Positions 9,512 through 20,800 of a stretch of DNA of 37,579 nucleotides are shown piece by piece. How positions within the stretch are numbered: the first letter of the stretch is position 1; every line of letters begins with the position of its first letter. Made by a program: the position numbers and the translations under genes. Location: assembly GCA_016937995.1 (NCBI GenBank), contig JAFGVM010000021.1:1-37579 (forward strand), in the 5' to 3' direction. The notes below the pieces were generated by a model. That model was given only the letters and a program-made list of their open reading frames with translations, did not search any database and was not told the origin of the DNA. The stretch is from Candidatus Delongbacteria bacterium. Lineage in GTDB: Bacteria; UBA4055.

Positions 9512-12500
9512 ATGAAAACAATAAAAGAAATATTAGCAACCTTACTTATCATTATAATTTCAGGAATTATTTTTAATTCCTGCACTGAAGATAATCTTCT
9601 CACTGATCCAATTAATTTTAATGATGATATAGAATTCACTTTAATTTCACCTAATGGTGGTGAAAACTGGCAGATGAGAAGTACCAATCTGATCTCATGG
9701 ACTGATAACATAAGTGAAGACGTAAATATTGAATTATACATTGAAGATAGTATTGCAGGTAGGATTGCTGATCTTGTAAGCGATAACAATTTCGACTGGA
9801 CAATACCTGATACTTTAATCGCCGGAACTGATTATAGAATTAAAATTACCAGTGTAACAGATTCTAATATTTTTGATTTCAGTGATTCTTGCTTCACTAT
9901 AAGTGAATATATCGATCTTATAATTCCAGAATTACAGATTATTAATCCGCAAAGTCCTTATACTGTTCAGATAGGAACAGATATTTCAGTTGACATGACT
10001 GCATTTGATGATGTAGGAGTTGATCATATTGATCTTGTAATAGATGGAATTACATACATTGGATCATATGTATCCGGTACTAACTGGACAGCTAATATCC
10101 CAACTGCCGGATTAATTACAGATACAGCTTATGTTCTTGTTGCAACTGCTTTTGATTTTGCAACTAATTCATCCATACCTGATACGATAACAGTTAATAC
10201 CAGTATAGCTCCAGTTCCGACTATTACAGTAGATCCTGCATCTCTTGACTTTGATGATGTCCAGGTGGGCAATACAAAAGATCTTACTTTTATATTAGAC
10301 GGTTCTGATCTGACTGATGATGTTCTCATAACAGGATTAACAGGATATACTTTATCAGAAGATAATATTTCATACTCACCGTCCATTAGCTATTCAGCTT
10401 CAGATGCTACGAGCGGTCAGACTGTATACGTAAGGTTCACTCCGGCCGACACCTTAACTTACAATGGAAATATAGTATTTACAAGTACAGGAGCTAACAA
10501 TGTAAATGTAGCTGTTACCGGACAAGGTTCTCCTGAACCTGTTCCTACAATAACAGCATTGCCGTTAAACATTCCATTCGGCAATGTAGAGCTTGATAGT
10601 TCTTTAGATCGATCATTTACACTGGGTGGCTATGATCTGACAAATGATGTTGTTATAAATTCTATCGAAGGATATACTCTTTCAGAAGACAATATTTCAT
10701 ATTCACCATCTATCATTTATACAGCTGGTGAAACTATGGCAGGTCAGACTGTTTATGTAAGATTCTCTCCATCTGCTATTCGTGAATATAACGGAAATAT
10801 TACTCTTGCAAGTACCGGTGCCGCTGATGTTAATGTTGCTGTAACCGGTAATTGTATACCTGTACCTGATCCTGTAATTACAGTTGCTCCTGACAGTCTG
10901 GCATTTGGAGATATAATGGTTGGTAATTCTTTTGCTAGGACATTTACACTTGGAGGATCTGATCTGTCAAGTAATGTAATTATTACAGGATTAACAGGAT
11001 ATACATTATCTAAAGACGATGTTACATATACTTCTATAGTAACTTATAATGCTGCTGATGCTATGGAAGGTCGGACTGTTTACGTAAGATTTACTCCAAC
11101 TGATTCAATTGCATATAACGGAAATATCAGGCTGACAAGTACAGGTGCTGACCCTGTTAATGTTTCTGTAACAGGTGCGGGATTTATTCCGGTTATTTCT
11201 GTTGACCATACAGCTCTTTATTTCGGAGATATTCAGATCGGAAAAACTCTGGATAGAAAGTTTGATATCAATGGTTCAGATCTGCTGGATAATGTTGTTA
11301 TAACAGCACCAACAGGATACACTCTTTCAACGGACAGTGTAACATTCGATTCTCTAATTACCTATACGGCTGCTGAAGTAATGTCGGGACAGACTGCGTT
11401 CGTTAGATTTAGTCCGACAATTGTACAACCCTATAATGACAGTATTACTTTGGCGAGTACCGGTGCATCAACAGTAAATGTGGCTGTTTACGGTAACGGA
11501 ACTCCATTACCACCTTCAGCTCCAACTCTTGAAAGTCCTGCAGATGGAAGTTCATCTGAAGATCAGACTCCAACTTTGGATTGGAGTGATGTTCCTGATG
11601 CAAATGAATACTATATTCAGATAGATAATAATTCTGATTTCAGTTCACCTGAAGTAGAGGCTTTAACTTCTTTGAGTGATTATACAACTTCAACCCTTGC
11701 ATATGGAACTTACTACTGGCATGTAAGGTCGAAGAATGCTGTAGGATATAGTACTTATTCATCATCTTGGACGTTTACTATAACCGAACCTTCTGCACCG
11801 GCAACTCCTGTACTTGTAAGTCCTGCAAATGGAAGTTCTCTGGATCATCAGAATCCAACTTTTGATTGGGATGATGTAACAGGTGCAACTGAATATGGCA
11901 TATTAATCGACAATAACTCTTCTTTCACTTCACCGGAGATAGATGTAACTACTGCTGTAAGTGAATATACAGTTTTTACATTGCCTTATGGTACTTACTA
12001 CTGGAAAGTCAGAGCAAGGAGTACAGCAGGAACCAGTGCATTCAGCTCTTTATGGTCATTATCAATATTTGAAGTTATCCCTGAAGTACCGACTTTAATA
12101 AGTCCTGCGGACAGCAGTTCATTTGAAGATCAGACACCTACCTTTGACTGGAATGATGTAACAGGTGCAAACGGTTATAATATTCAGATAGATAATAATT
12201 CTGATTTTAGTTCACCTGAAATTGATACTTCTACTGCTTTAAGTCAGTATACAGCTTCAACTATGGCTTATGGAACTTACTATTGGAAAGTAAGAGCAAG
12301 AAATACAGCTGGATCAAGTGCGTTCACTTCAGGATGGACATTTGAAATAACAGAACCTAAAGAAATTATAGTTGTTTCTCCGAACGGCGGAGAGAACTGG
12401 CTCTTTGGTACAGAATATGAGATCAGATGGACAGATAATTTTGTAGAGGATGTCAATATCTGGCTATGGAAGGGCGAATCCTTGCTAGGTCCAATTGTTA

Positions 12501-13030
12501 CGAACACTCCAAGTGACAGCAGTTATTTCTGGACAACTCCGGCTTCACTGACATCAGGTAACGGTACAGATTACAGAATTCAGATCACTATAGCTGACGG
12601 TGGAGCAACTTCTGATTTGAGTGATGACTTCTTCTCTTTGAGTCTAGATGCAAATGAGACTATGGCAACTGCTACAGGTCCATTGGCACCTTCAACTACT
12701 CCTGTGAACTCTGTTCAGGAGATAAGTTTAGTGAATGATGTTGACTGGTTCAACTTTGATCTTACAGGTGGTCAGTCATACGATTTCCAGTGTAGTGATG
12801 CAACGGTTGATGTTAAATACTGGCTTTATAATTCAAGTGGTAATCTGGTAGCAAGTGATGATAATTCCGGAGGTGGGACATTTGGAGAACCAATCTTTGA
12901 ATACACTCCTCCTTCAAACGGGAATTATTATCTAAGGGTTGCTTATTATCTTGATAGTCCAAAAGGTGATGGAGATATGAAGGCTGAGACCGGGGATTAT
13001 AGGTTGGTTGTTGAAGAAAGTGTGCCGTAA
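9512..13030 (+). CDS. Large surface lipoprotein/adhesin: Kre9-like Ig, Big-type Ig, 4 ASH/PapD-like (choice-of-anchor D-like) repeats, 3 Fn3-like repeats, Kre9-like Ig, PPC domain
   Basis: Lipobox-like FNS-C; SPNGGENW twice; four TI.V.P..L.FGD...YVRF.P...YNG repeats; three P.L.SPA.....DQ.P..DW repeats; terminal DVDWF.FDL...VASDDNSGG...GNYYLRV. Confidence 0.85.
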   Translation: MKTIKEILATLLIIIISGIIFNSCTEDNLLTDPINFNDDIEFTLISPNGGENWQMRSTNLISWTDNISEDVNIELYIEDSIAGRIADLVSDNNFDWTIPDTLIAGTDYRIKITSVTDSNIFDFSDSCFTISEYIDLIIPELQIINPQSPYTVQIGTDISVDMTAFDDVGVDHIDLVIDGITYIGSYVSGTNWTANIPTAGLITDTAYVLVATAFDFATNSSIPDTITVNTSIAPVPTITVDPASLDFDDVQVGNTKDLTFILDGSDLTDDVLITGLTGYTLSEDNISYSPSISYSASDATSGQTVYVRFTPADTLTYNGNIVFTSTGANNVNVAVTGQGSPEPVPTITALPLNIPFGNVELDSSLDRSFTLGGYDLTNDVVINSIEGYTLSEDNISYSPSIIYTAGETMAGQTVYVRFSPSAIREYNGNITLASTGAADVNVAVTGNCIPVPDPVITVAPDSLAFGDIMVGNSFARTFTLGGSDLSSNVIITGLTGYTLSKDDVTYTSIVTYNAADAMEGRTVYVRFTPTDSIAYNGNIRLTSTGADPVNVSVTGAGFIPVISVDHTALYFGDIQIGKTLDRKFDINGSDLLDNVVITAPTGYTLSTDSVTFDSLITYTAAEVMSGQTAFVRFSPTIVQPYNDSITLASTGASTVNVAVYGNGTPLPPSAPTLESPADGSSSEDQTPTLDWSDVPDANEYYIQIDNNSDFSSPEVEALTSLSDYTTSTLAYGTYYWHVRSKNAVGYSTYSSSWTFTITEPSAPATPVLVSPANGSSLDHQNPTFDWDDVTGATEYGILIDNNSSFTSPEIDVTTAVSEYTVFTLPYGTYYWKVRARSTAGTSAFSSLWSLSIFEVIPEVPTLISPADSSSFEDQTPTFDWNDVTGANGYNIQIDNNSDFSSPEIDTSTALSQYTASTMAYGTYYWKVRARNTAGSSAFTSGWTFEITEPKEIIVVSPNGGENWLFGTEYEIRWTDNFVEDVNIWLWKGESLLGPIVTNTPSDSSYFWTTPASLTSGNGTDYRIQITIADGGATSDLSDDFFSLSLDANETMATATGPLAPSTTPVNSVQEISLVNDVDWFNFDLTGGQSYDFQCSDATVDVKYWLYNSSGNLVASDDNSGGGTFGEPIFEYTPPSNGNYYLRVAYYLDSPKGDGDMKAETGDYRLVVEESVP
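10211..11500 (+). repeat. Four tandem ~107-aa ASH/PapD-like Ig repeats
   Basis: GYTLS.D and G.T..VRF.P...YN..I...STGA..VNV.V.G recur at ~320-bp spacing. Confidence 0.9.
11510..12358 (+). repeat. Three tandem ~94-aa Fn3-like repeats
   Basis: Recurring IDNNS.F.SPE and YGTYYW.VR; 11614-11653 and 12181-12220 match at 39 of 40 nt. Confidence 0.9.
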
Positions 13031-13084
13031 GAAGTTAAGAAAAAATGAAAATATATTATAATTTGTTTAATTTGGGAGGAAGGA

Positions 13085-14464
13085 ATGAGAAAGTTTTCAA
13101 GTATTCAATTGATCTTTATGGTTTTTATTCTGTTTGGATCAATTTTAAACCTATTTGGGCAATATGACGCTCAGATAAATAGTATTTATACATCACCGTC
13201 AGGGACAATTTATGAAGGAGACACAAAAACCATATACTCTAATATAACAAATTTATCAGACCCCGATGGTCCCTATGGTGGTGCATGTACATTCCATATC
13301 AGATTTCGAGTATATAATCTTGATACTTTTACTTCGAATGATTATTGGGCAACACAAAGTTTTTCAAATGGGCAAACCATAACAGTTTCTGGATCAAGTT
13401 TCACTTTTGATCCGAGTGGTCGTTATGCTATAGGTGTTGACGTTATGAACGTGCCTGAAGATACTACGTACGATTCAGATGAAATATATTTTACAGTTGA
13501 AGGTCCTCAAAAATGTGATCTACATGTTGTCGATATATGGACAGTACCAGCAAATCCAGTAGCAGGAGAAGAAGTAGATTTGCATTGCGAGATAGAAAAT
13601 ATTGGGGATGTTACTTCCGAAAGTTATAGTATACAATATAAAATCGGATCTATAGTAGTAGGAACAGATAGCGCATCCCCTCTAGCAGTTGGTTCAAATG
13701 ACGATAGTGAATATTATAGCAATTATACTTTTACGTCTTCAGGTTCTTTTTCATATCAAGTAACAGTATATGATTGTAGCAATGAATCTTATACTATAAA
13801 TAATTCAAAGTTAGAAACTGTTAACGTTTCAGAACCACCTCCACCGGACATTGATGTTATAAATATATGGACAGAACCATCTACACCTATAGCTGGTGAA
13901 ATCTGTAATTTATATGTTCAAGTAACAAATGTAGGAGAAGGTGATGCAGAAAATATTTACTTTAGGTATTATATTGATGGATCTCAAGTTGGAACTGATA
14001 TAGATAGTTATTTGAGTTCAGGAGGTACACAAACTGAAAGTATGAGTTATACATTCCCAATCTCTGGTGATTATATTTTCAAATTATCTGTAGATCAATG
14101 TGATGGTGAAACCGCTACAGTCAACAATTCTGAAACAATTACTGTTAGTGTAGGAGAGGTTAGTATTGATAATAACAATATCATTAAAACAACTTCACTT
14201 CATCAGAATTACCCTAATCCATTCAATCCTGAAACAACAATTTCTTTTGATCTTGCGGAAAGATCGAATGTCGCTATAAACGTTTATAACTCAAAAGGAG
14301 AGCTTGTTAGAAATCTCTTGAATAAACAGCATGAAATGGGTAGTTATTCTGTTGTATGGAATGGAAAAAATGATCAGAGAGCAAAAGTTGATACAGGTAT
14401 GTACTATGTAAAACTAGAAACAGATGATAGTTCTCATATGGTCAAAGCTTTGTTAATTAAGTAA
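13085..14464 (+). CDS. Secreted CARDB-repeat protein with C-terminal FlgD-Ig/T9SS type A-like sorting domain
   Basis: GGAGG RBS; signal peptide; two D..V..IWT.P..P.AGE...N.G...NNS CARDB units; LHQNYPNPFNPETTISFDL...WNGKN...GMYYVKL...KALLIK. Confidence 0.88.
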   Translation: MRKFSSIQLIFMVFILFGSILNLFGQYDAQINSIYTSPSGTIYEGDTKTIYSNITNLSDPDGPYGGACTFHIRFRVYNLDTFTSNDYWATQSFSNGQTITVSGSSFTFDPSGRYAIGVDVMNVPEDTTYDSDEIYFTVEGPQKCDLHVVDIWTVPANPVAGEEVDLHCEIENIGDVTSESYSIQYKIGSIVVGTDSASPLAVGSNDDSEYYSNYTFTSSGSFSYQVTVYDCSNESYTINNSKLETVNVSEPPPPDIDVINIWTEPSTPIAGEICNLYVQVTNVGEGDAENIYFRYYIDGSQVGTDIDSYLSSGGTQTESMSYTFPISGDYIFKLSVDQCDGETATVNNSETITVSVGEVSIDNNNIIKTTSLHQNYPNPFNPETTISFDLAERSNVAINVYNSKGELVRNLLNKQHEMGSYSVVWNGKNDQRAKVDTGMYYVKLETDDSSHMVKALLIK

Positions 14465-14523
14465 TATACAGGATTTATTGCAAACTAATAGAATTATAAT
14501 TGACGTATTGTGAGGAGTAAAAT

Positions 14524-14823
14524 ATGAAAAAGCTACGTTTTTATCTAATTGTAATAATCTTACTATTTGGATCTATTTGGATTGTTTCAGCACAAGAATA
14601 TGATACACAAATAAATAGTATATTTACTTCACCTTCAGGTACAATTTATGAGGGTGATACAAAAACCGATGTTGAGGGAGAGAAAGATAAGTTGAGCAGT
14701 TTTAGTTTTTATTATCAAACCAATAAACCATTAATCAATGATTTTATATTAAAGCTGCCTGAGCTTTATTTACTTAAGCAAAAAATTACAATTAGGATAT
14801 TGAGTAAGGAGAGGGGAAGATGA
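14524..14823 (+). pseudogene. Truncated paralog of the 13085 gene (signal peptide plus first ~24 mature residues)
   Basis: YDTQINSIFTSPSGTIYEGDTKT vs YDAQINSIYTSPSGTIYEGDTKT; similarity stops abruptly at 14667; intact GAGGAG RBS. Confidence 0.7.
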
Positions 14824-17800
14824 AGAAGTGCAATGGAGTCCAGTTTATGCTGATATTGGTTCTATTAATAGGATCATTTTGGAATGCTTGGGGGCAGGAT
14901 ACAAGGGCAGCTCAGGCTTATGTCAAAGAAGTAGATGTCAATGGTGCATCTATAAAAAGTATTGGTTATGCAGAAGTAGACCCGAATTCAACCGTTACAG
15001 TTAGGATTAATGTTGAAAACAATGCTACTATTTCTTCTTTCAGTGGATATGCAGATTGTGTGCTTTGGTTTGTAGATAAAGATTTGAGTTTTATTAACAG
15101 TATTTGGTCAGAGTTTGAGACTTGTGTACCATATGATGTCGGAGATGAAAAATGGAATATAAATTATCAAGAACCTAGACCAATATCGGAAGTTTCTATA
15201 GAAGCTACATCAACATATTTGTTACCGAATGCAGACAGAGATCTTGAAGTTACATTTACTGCTCCGAGTTCCGGATCAGTATATTTTTTAGTAAGAGCTA
15301 CATTTTCAAACGAGGATTGGAGTTTGCAATCTGAAGATCCTAGTTCTTATACTGGCTATTATGATGATCAAGGTTATAAAGTTTATAGGTATAGAATTGA
15401 TGTTGTTCAACCACCTCCTGATATAAAAGTTTTAAGTATATGGACTGAACCTTCACCACCGGTTGCTGGAGTAAGTTGTGAACTTTATGTTGAAGTTGAA
15501 AATATAGGTGACGGTACAGCAACAAGTGTAGACTTCACATATTATATTGATAATTCTGAAGTTCAAACTGATTATGATTCTTCAATAAGTCCTGATGAAA
15601 TTCATGAAGAACATGATCCTTACACATTTTCTAGCTCAGGAAGTTATACTTATAAAGTTGTAGTTGATCAATGCGATGGAGAGATTGTTACAAGCAATAA
15701 TTCAAAAACAATGACTGTTAACGTTGTCGATCCACCTGATCTTCAGGTTGACAATGTGTCTTTATTAAATCATTCTTGCTTTGCTGGAGATGATATAACA
15801 GTTTATTTTTACGCTTGGAACAAAGGTGGTTCGACTTCTCCACCATCTCAGGCAGGTATTTATTTCGGTTACGAGCCATACGCACGAGATTCTGAGAAGT
15901 TATATACTGTTAATATTGATGCTCTTCAGGATAATGATGCTGAATCTTATAGCGCAACATTCACAATACCTGAAAGTATCGATTTAAACTATTCTTGGGT
16001 AAGTGTTTTTATTGATGATGATAATGTCGTATATGAATCTAACGATAATAATAATATTGGTACTGTTGAATTCGAATTGTCAGGTAAACGACCCCCAGTA
16101 GTTTCTTCGTTTACACCAGCTACACCTTTAAACGTATTAACAAATGAAACAGTCAATTTTACAGTAAATGTCACTGATGAAGATGGTGACCTATTCTACA
16201 TATATTGGTATTTAGATTTTATGCCTATGACACAGTTTGACACGCCTATTAGCGGTAGTTCTGGTTCTAGTAGTTTTGAAGAACAGGGTTTTGTTACTGG
16301 AGACCATACCATACGAGCTATGATACAGGATAAATATGGAAATCAAATTGATCAAATTTGGAATGTAACAGCATCCCCTCCTCCACCAGATCTTTATGTA
16401 AGTAGCATTTATGTAGATCCATATTATGCATACGCAGGCAATGAATTAAAGGTATATTTTACAATTATTAATAGTGGAGATGGCAGTTCACCTACAACAC
16501 AGGCTGGAGTTTATTTCGGTTACGAGAAGTATGCTCGAGATTCACAACCTTTAGCAACCGTAGACATTACTCCTCTTTCATGGGGTAATGATTCAGAAGA
16601 TTATTTAGCAACATTTACAATACCTGAGGGAATAGATCCTAACTATGACTGGGTAAACGTTTATGTCGATTTTGATAATACTATCCCCGAATCTAACGAT
16701 AATAATAATATTGATGGAGAAGAATTTGATTTAAAATTGGTTAATGATCCAATTATTAATTCATTTTCGCCTTCCACCCCTTTAGAAATATTAGAAAGTG
16801 AAGCTGTAACCTTTGAAATAGATATATATGACTCAGATGGTGATCTAACAAATCTTCGTTGGTGGCAGGATGGATGGCCTATGACCCTATCTGACAAAGA
16901 GTTAAGTGGAACAAACGGATCAGGAATTCATGAAGTTGATTGGTTCCCAGCTGGAAATCATGATGTTAGAGCTGTAGTATATGATGGATTTGGTAATACC
17001 GTAGAACAAAACTGGGCTATAACATCATATCCTGCAGGTGATCTTGAAGTAACAGTATTAAATCCAAGTGGTGTTTTATGTACAGATGGAACAGAAGTAT
17101 ACCTAAAAAAAGATGGTGAAGCTATTTCACCTCCAATAGAAACTATTGAAGGCAAAGTAAAATACACAGGAATACCTGCAACCACATATGATATGATAAG
17201 AGTCCTTAAACCTAATTCAAATTCAGATTATGCAGAATATTGGGGAGATAAAGGACCAATAACAGTACCTGGAAATGAAACATTTAAAAGGTATATGCCG
17301 TATATTACAGGTGTACTTGTTACTGATTTAAACAATGAACAACAAGAGGTCCCTTTCATCGAAGGTGAGGATATAAAAGTAAGAGTAGAAGTTACTAATG
17401 ATGATGTAATTTCTCATCTTGTGAAAGTAAAAAACATAATCGATCGAAACAAAGACTTAACATACGACTTTAATGAAACAAGTACAGAAATTTCAATCGG
17501 GGCAAAAAGTAGTAAATTTATAGACTTTATTTTTTCAAATGCTACTATTGGAGAATATTACGTAAGACCAATTAATACTTTCAGTGATTCACCTTACCCA
17601 ACAGATTTCACATTAACAGATACATACGCCTGGTTAGATACTCCTTCATTTAGCGTTGTTGATGCTCCTCCTGCACTAACCCTAGCACCAATTGGCAACC
17701 AAACAGGAACCCCAGGTGATCCACTATATTTTACTATCCGAGCTACTGGTGGAACAGAAAACTTCACTTATTCAACATCAGAATTACCGGGTACTTCCTA

Positions 17801-20800
17801 CTTTAACCCAGTTTCACAATTATTTAATTGGACAAATCCTATTGCGGGTGTATATGATAATGTTAGTTTTTATGTGAATGATGGTGTTAACACAGTTTCT
17901 GAAAGCATAACCATTACAATAACCGAAGAAGGAAATTTATCAATAGTGCAGGGTAATGTTACTGATGTTGATACTTCACAGCCTGTTGATGATTGTTCAG
18001 TAATAATTACTGGTGAAGAATACAGCAGTTCAGTATTAACTGATGTGAACGGTTTTTATTTATTTGAAAACGTTCCTAACGATTTTTACAAGGTAAACAC
18101 AAAAAAATCAGGATATGAAATCGGAAATGAAACTTTAAACATTACGACAACAGACACATATGATGTTAATTTCAGCATTAAATATGCAGGAGTTAACTCT
18201 TTAGATTTCTCCAACAATAACGAACTTACTATATATGCTACTGACATTACTGAGATTGGTACAACAAATGTCTTTAATTTATCAGGAAATGTCAACATTA
18301 ACAACATCCTCTACTTCGAAGGAGATGTAACAGTAGACAAAAGTGCAAATTTTGATCTGAATGAATTATCAGCTGCTTGTCCGATCTATGTTCAAACAGA
18401 TACCGGGAATAAATATATTTTCGATAACAGTGTTAGCAAGAAATTCTATATCGACGGAAATAATTTAATATCATTTTCAAGTCTTTTTATATTGGATTAT
18501 GAATATAAAGTTTCTGGATTCAACATGAAAATGCCGGCTTTATCAATTGATCCCGGTGGCAATTCAGTTACAATTAATCTAATACCTAGTTTGCCTGCTC
18601 CTTTTAATAAAATCGTTGAATGGGAGTCACTATTACCTATTGATGACAATCCATATGTACTCATCAAAGAAGGTTTAGAAATGTACGATATGAAAAAGAT
18701 CTTTAATAAAGATGGGCTTGATGATTATGAGTTTAATTTAAATTTAAGTCAGAACTTTAAAGCATTTGATATAAAAGACTTTTCGCTTAGTTACAATACA
18801 TCCACAGAGCTGTTTGCAGGCAGTTTTGATTTGAAAATACCTGGAAGTCTTACAGGAAGTAAAGATGAAAGTAATAGTTTTAATGACTTGCCAGTTGAAA
18901 TTCATGATGCAGATAATAATTTAATTGGTACTACCAGTTTTGAAAACTTTGTATCAGCATACGAAAAAAGTGGGAAATTATTTCTGGGTATTAAATTCGA
19001 GATCGAATTCATTAATGGAAAAATAGACAGATTAAAAGTTAGATTATACGATGTAAAGATACCAATTGCAAATACCGGACTGAATATTACTGCTATAGAA
19101 GGTGAAGTAGCTGGTTTAACTGATAATATGAAAATAGGAGCTCATGTAGATATTGAGACCGGTCTTGAAATAATTGGGCATCCTGTAGTTGGATTGACAG
19201 ATTTTGGTGTTGAAATACAACCAATGAATTATTTAAAAGGCGAAGGCGATTTTGAAATATTTGAGTATCCTGCAGCAAGTGGTAAACTTCAGTTTGATGG
19301 AGATAAAAAATCACTTGAAGCAGAAGGTGTGTTGAATTTGTTTGATATTCTTGTTGGTAAGTTATCTACCAGTCTAAAATGGATGGATTTTCAAGGCAAA
19401 GGAAATATGACATTAAAAACACCTAGTGATTATCCATGGTATCTTGGTTGGTTGATTTGGTCATTCGGTGGACCAGATACTATTCTTGGTCAGGTCGATA
19501 CTAGAATCCACAACTTTGAAATGAGTTCAATGGTTACTTTGTGGGATTGGCTTTCTGTTGCCCAGAAAGTTGAATTTGCTCCACTAGATGGTTTCCCTTA
19601 TTTCCATTATCACTTAGGAACTAATTACGAAGATCTTTATCAAATATTTAAAGGTACTAGAGGCGGTAAGCAAATAATCAATTTTCAAGTACCAGAGAAT
19701 TCATCACAATTATTCGCGGTTGTAACAAATGAGACAAATCTATTCGACATACAATTAACAAGCCCTTCAGGAAAAATCTACAATAATACTTATGATCAGT
19801 ATTTGCAAGTCTCAGATGCAAATCAAACAGTAGTTTTTATATCAAATCCTGAATCAGGCTCATGGGAGTTCTCAACTGATCAGACAGGAGATATCCAGTT
19901 TAAATCAATGCTGCAAAATCAACGTCCAGTTACACTAATAAATAATCCTCTAACAAAAGGAACTAGATCTAACTTAATCAATATTGATTTTACTGATTAT
20001 TCTGATACTCTCAGTGTAGATGTTTATTACGATACTGACAACAAGCATTTTGACGGATCTTTTATTAAGCACTTTGATCTGATCAATAACGCATCTCTTC
20101 AATTTGATTGGGCAAACAGTGATATAAATAATGGAGAGTACTACATTTATACAGTAATCTCCGATTCTCATAATTCTCCTGTATGTCAATATGCTCCTGG
20201 GTCAATTATTGTTAATAACTGGTATGCAGATCCACCTCAGAATTTGATAGTTCAGCAGGAAAGTGACAGTGTCAAAGTCGTATGGGATGAGAATTTTGAT
20301 ACTAATATTTTTGCAACCAAGGTCTTTATAAGAAATATTTCTGACGGGTTCATAGATGAAATTTGTGTCACAGATTTAAATATGGCATACATAAAGGATC
20401 TTGAATATGGTAGAGAATACGAGATTTGGGCAAAGCATATGAATATTGATATGCTTATGACTGAAAAAAGTAATGTCTCAAATCTGATATTCCAAAGTTT
20501 CGGTAAAGGAAATAACATTCCATATTTCACAATGGATACAGATTCAGTATTTGAATTCGTCGAAGGACAGTACAGAGAATATTCTTTCCTTGCTAATGAT
20601 GCAGATGGACAGGGACTTATTTTTGATATAGTCGATAGACCTACTGGAATGATATTTAACGGTGATAAGTTCAACTGGACTCCTCAGGAAGATCAGAAAG
20701 GAGCTTATAACCTTTTAGTAACTGTGACTGATGGTATTGATACTGATAGTTTATATCAGGAATTCAGTGTCTATTCAGATGAACAAGCTCAAGTTGTACT

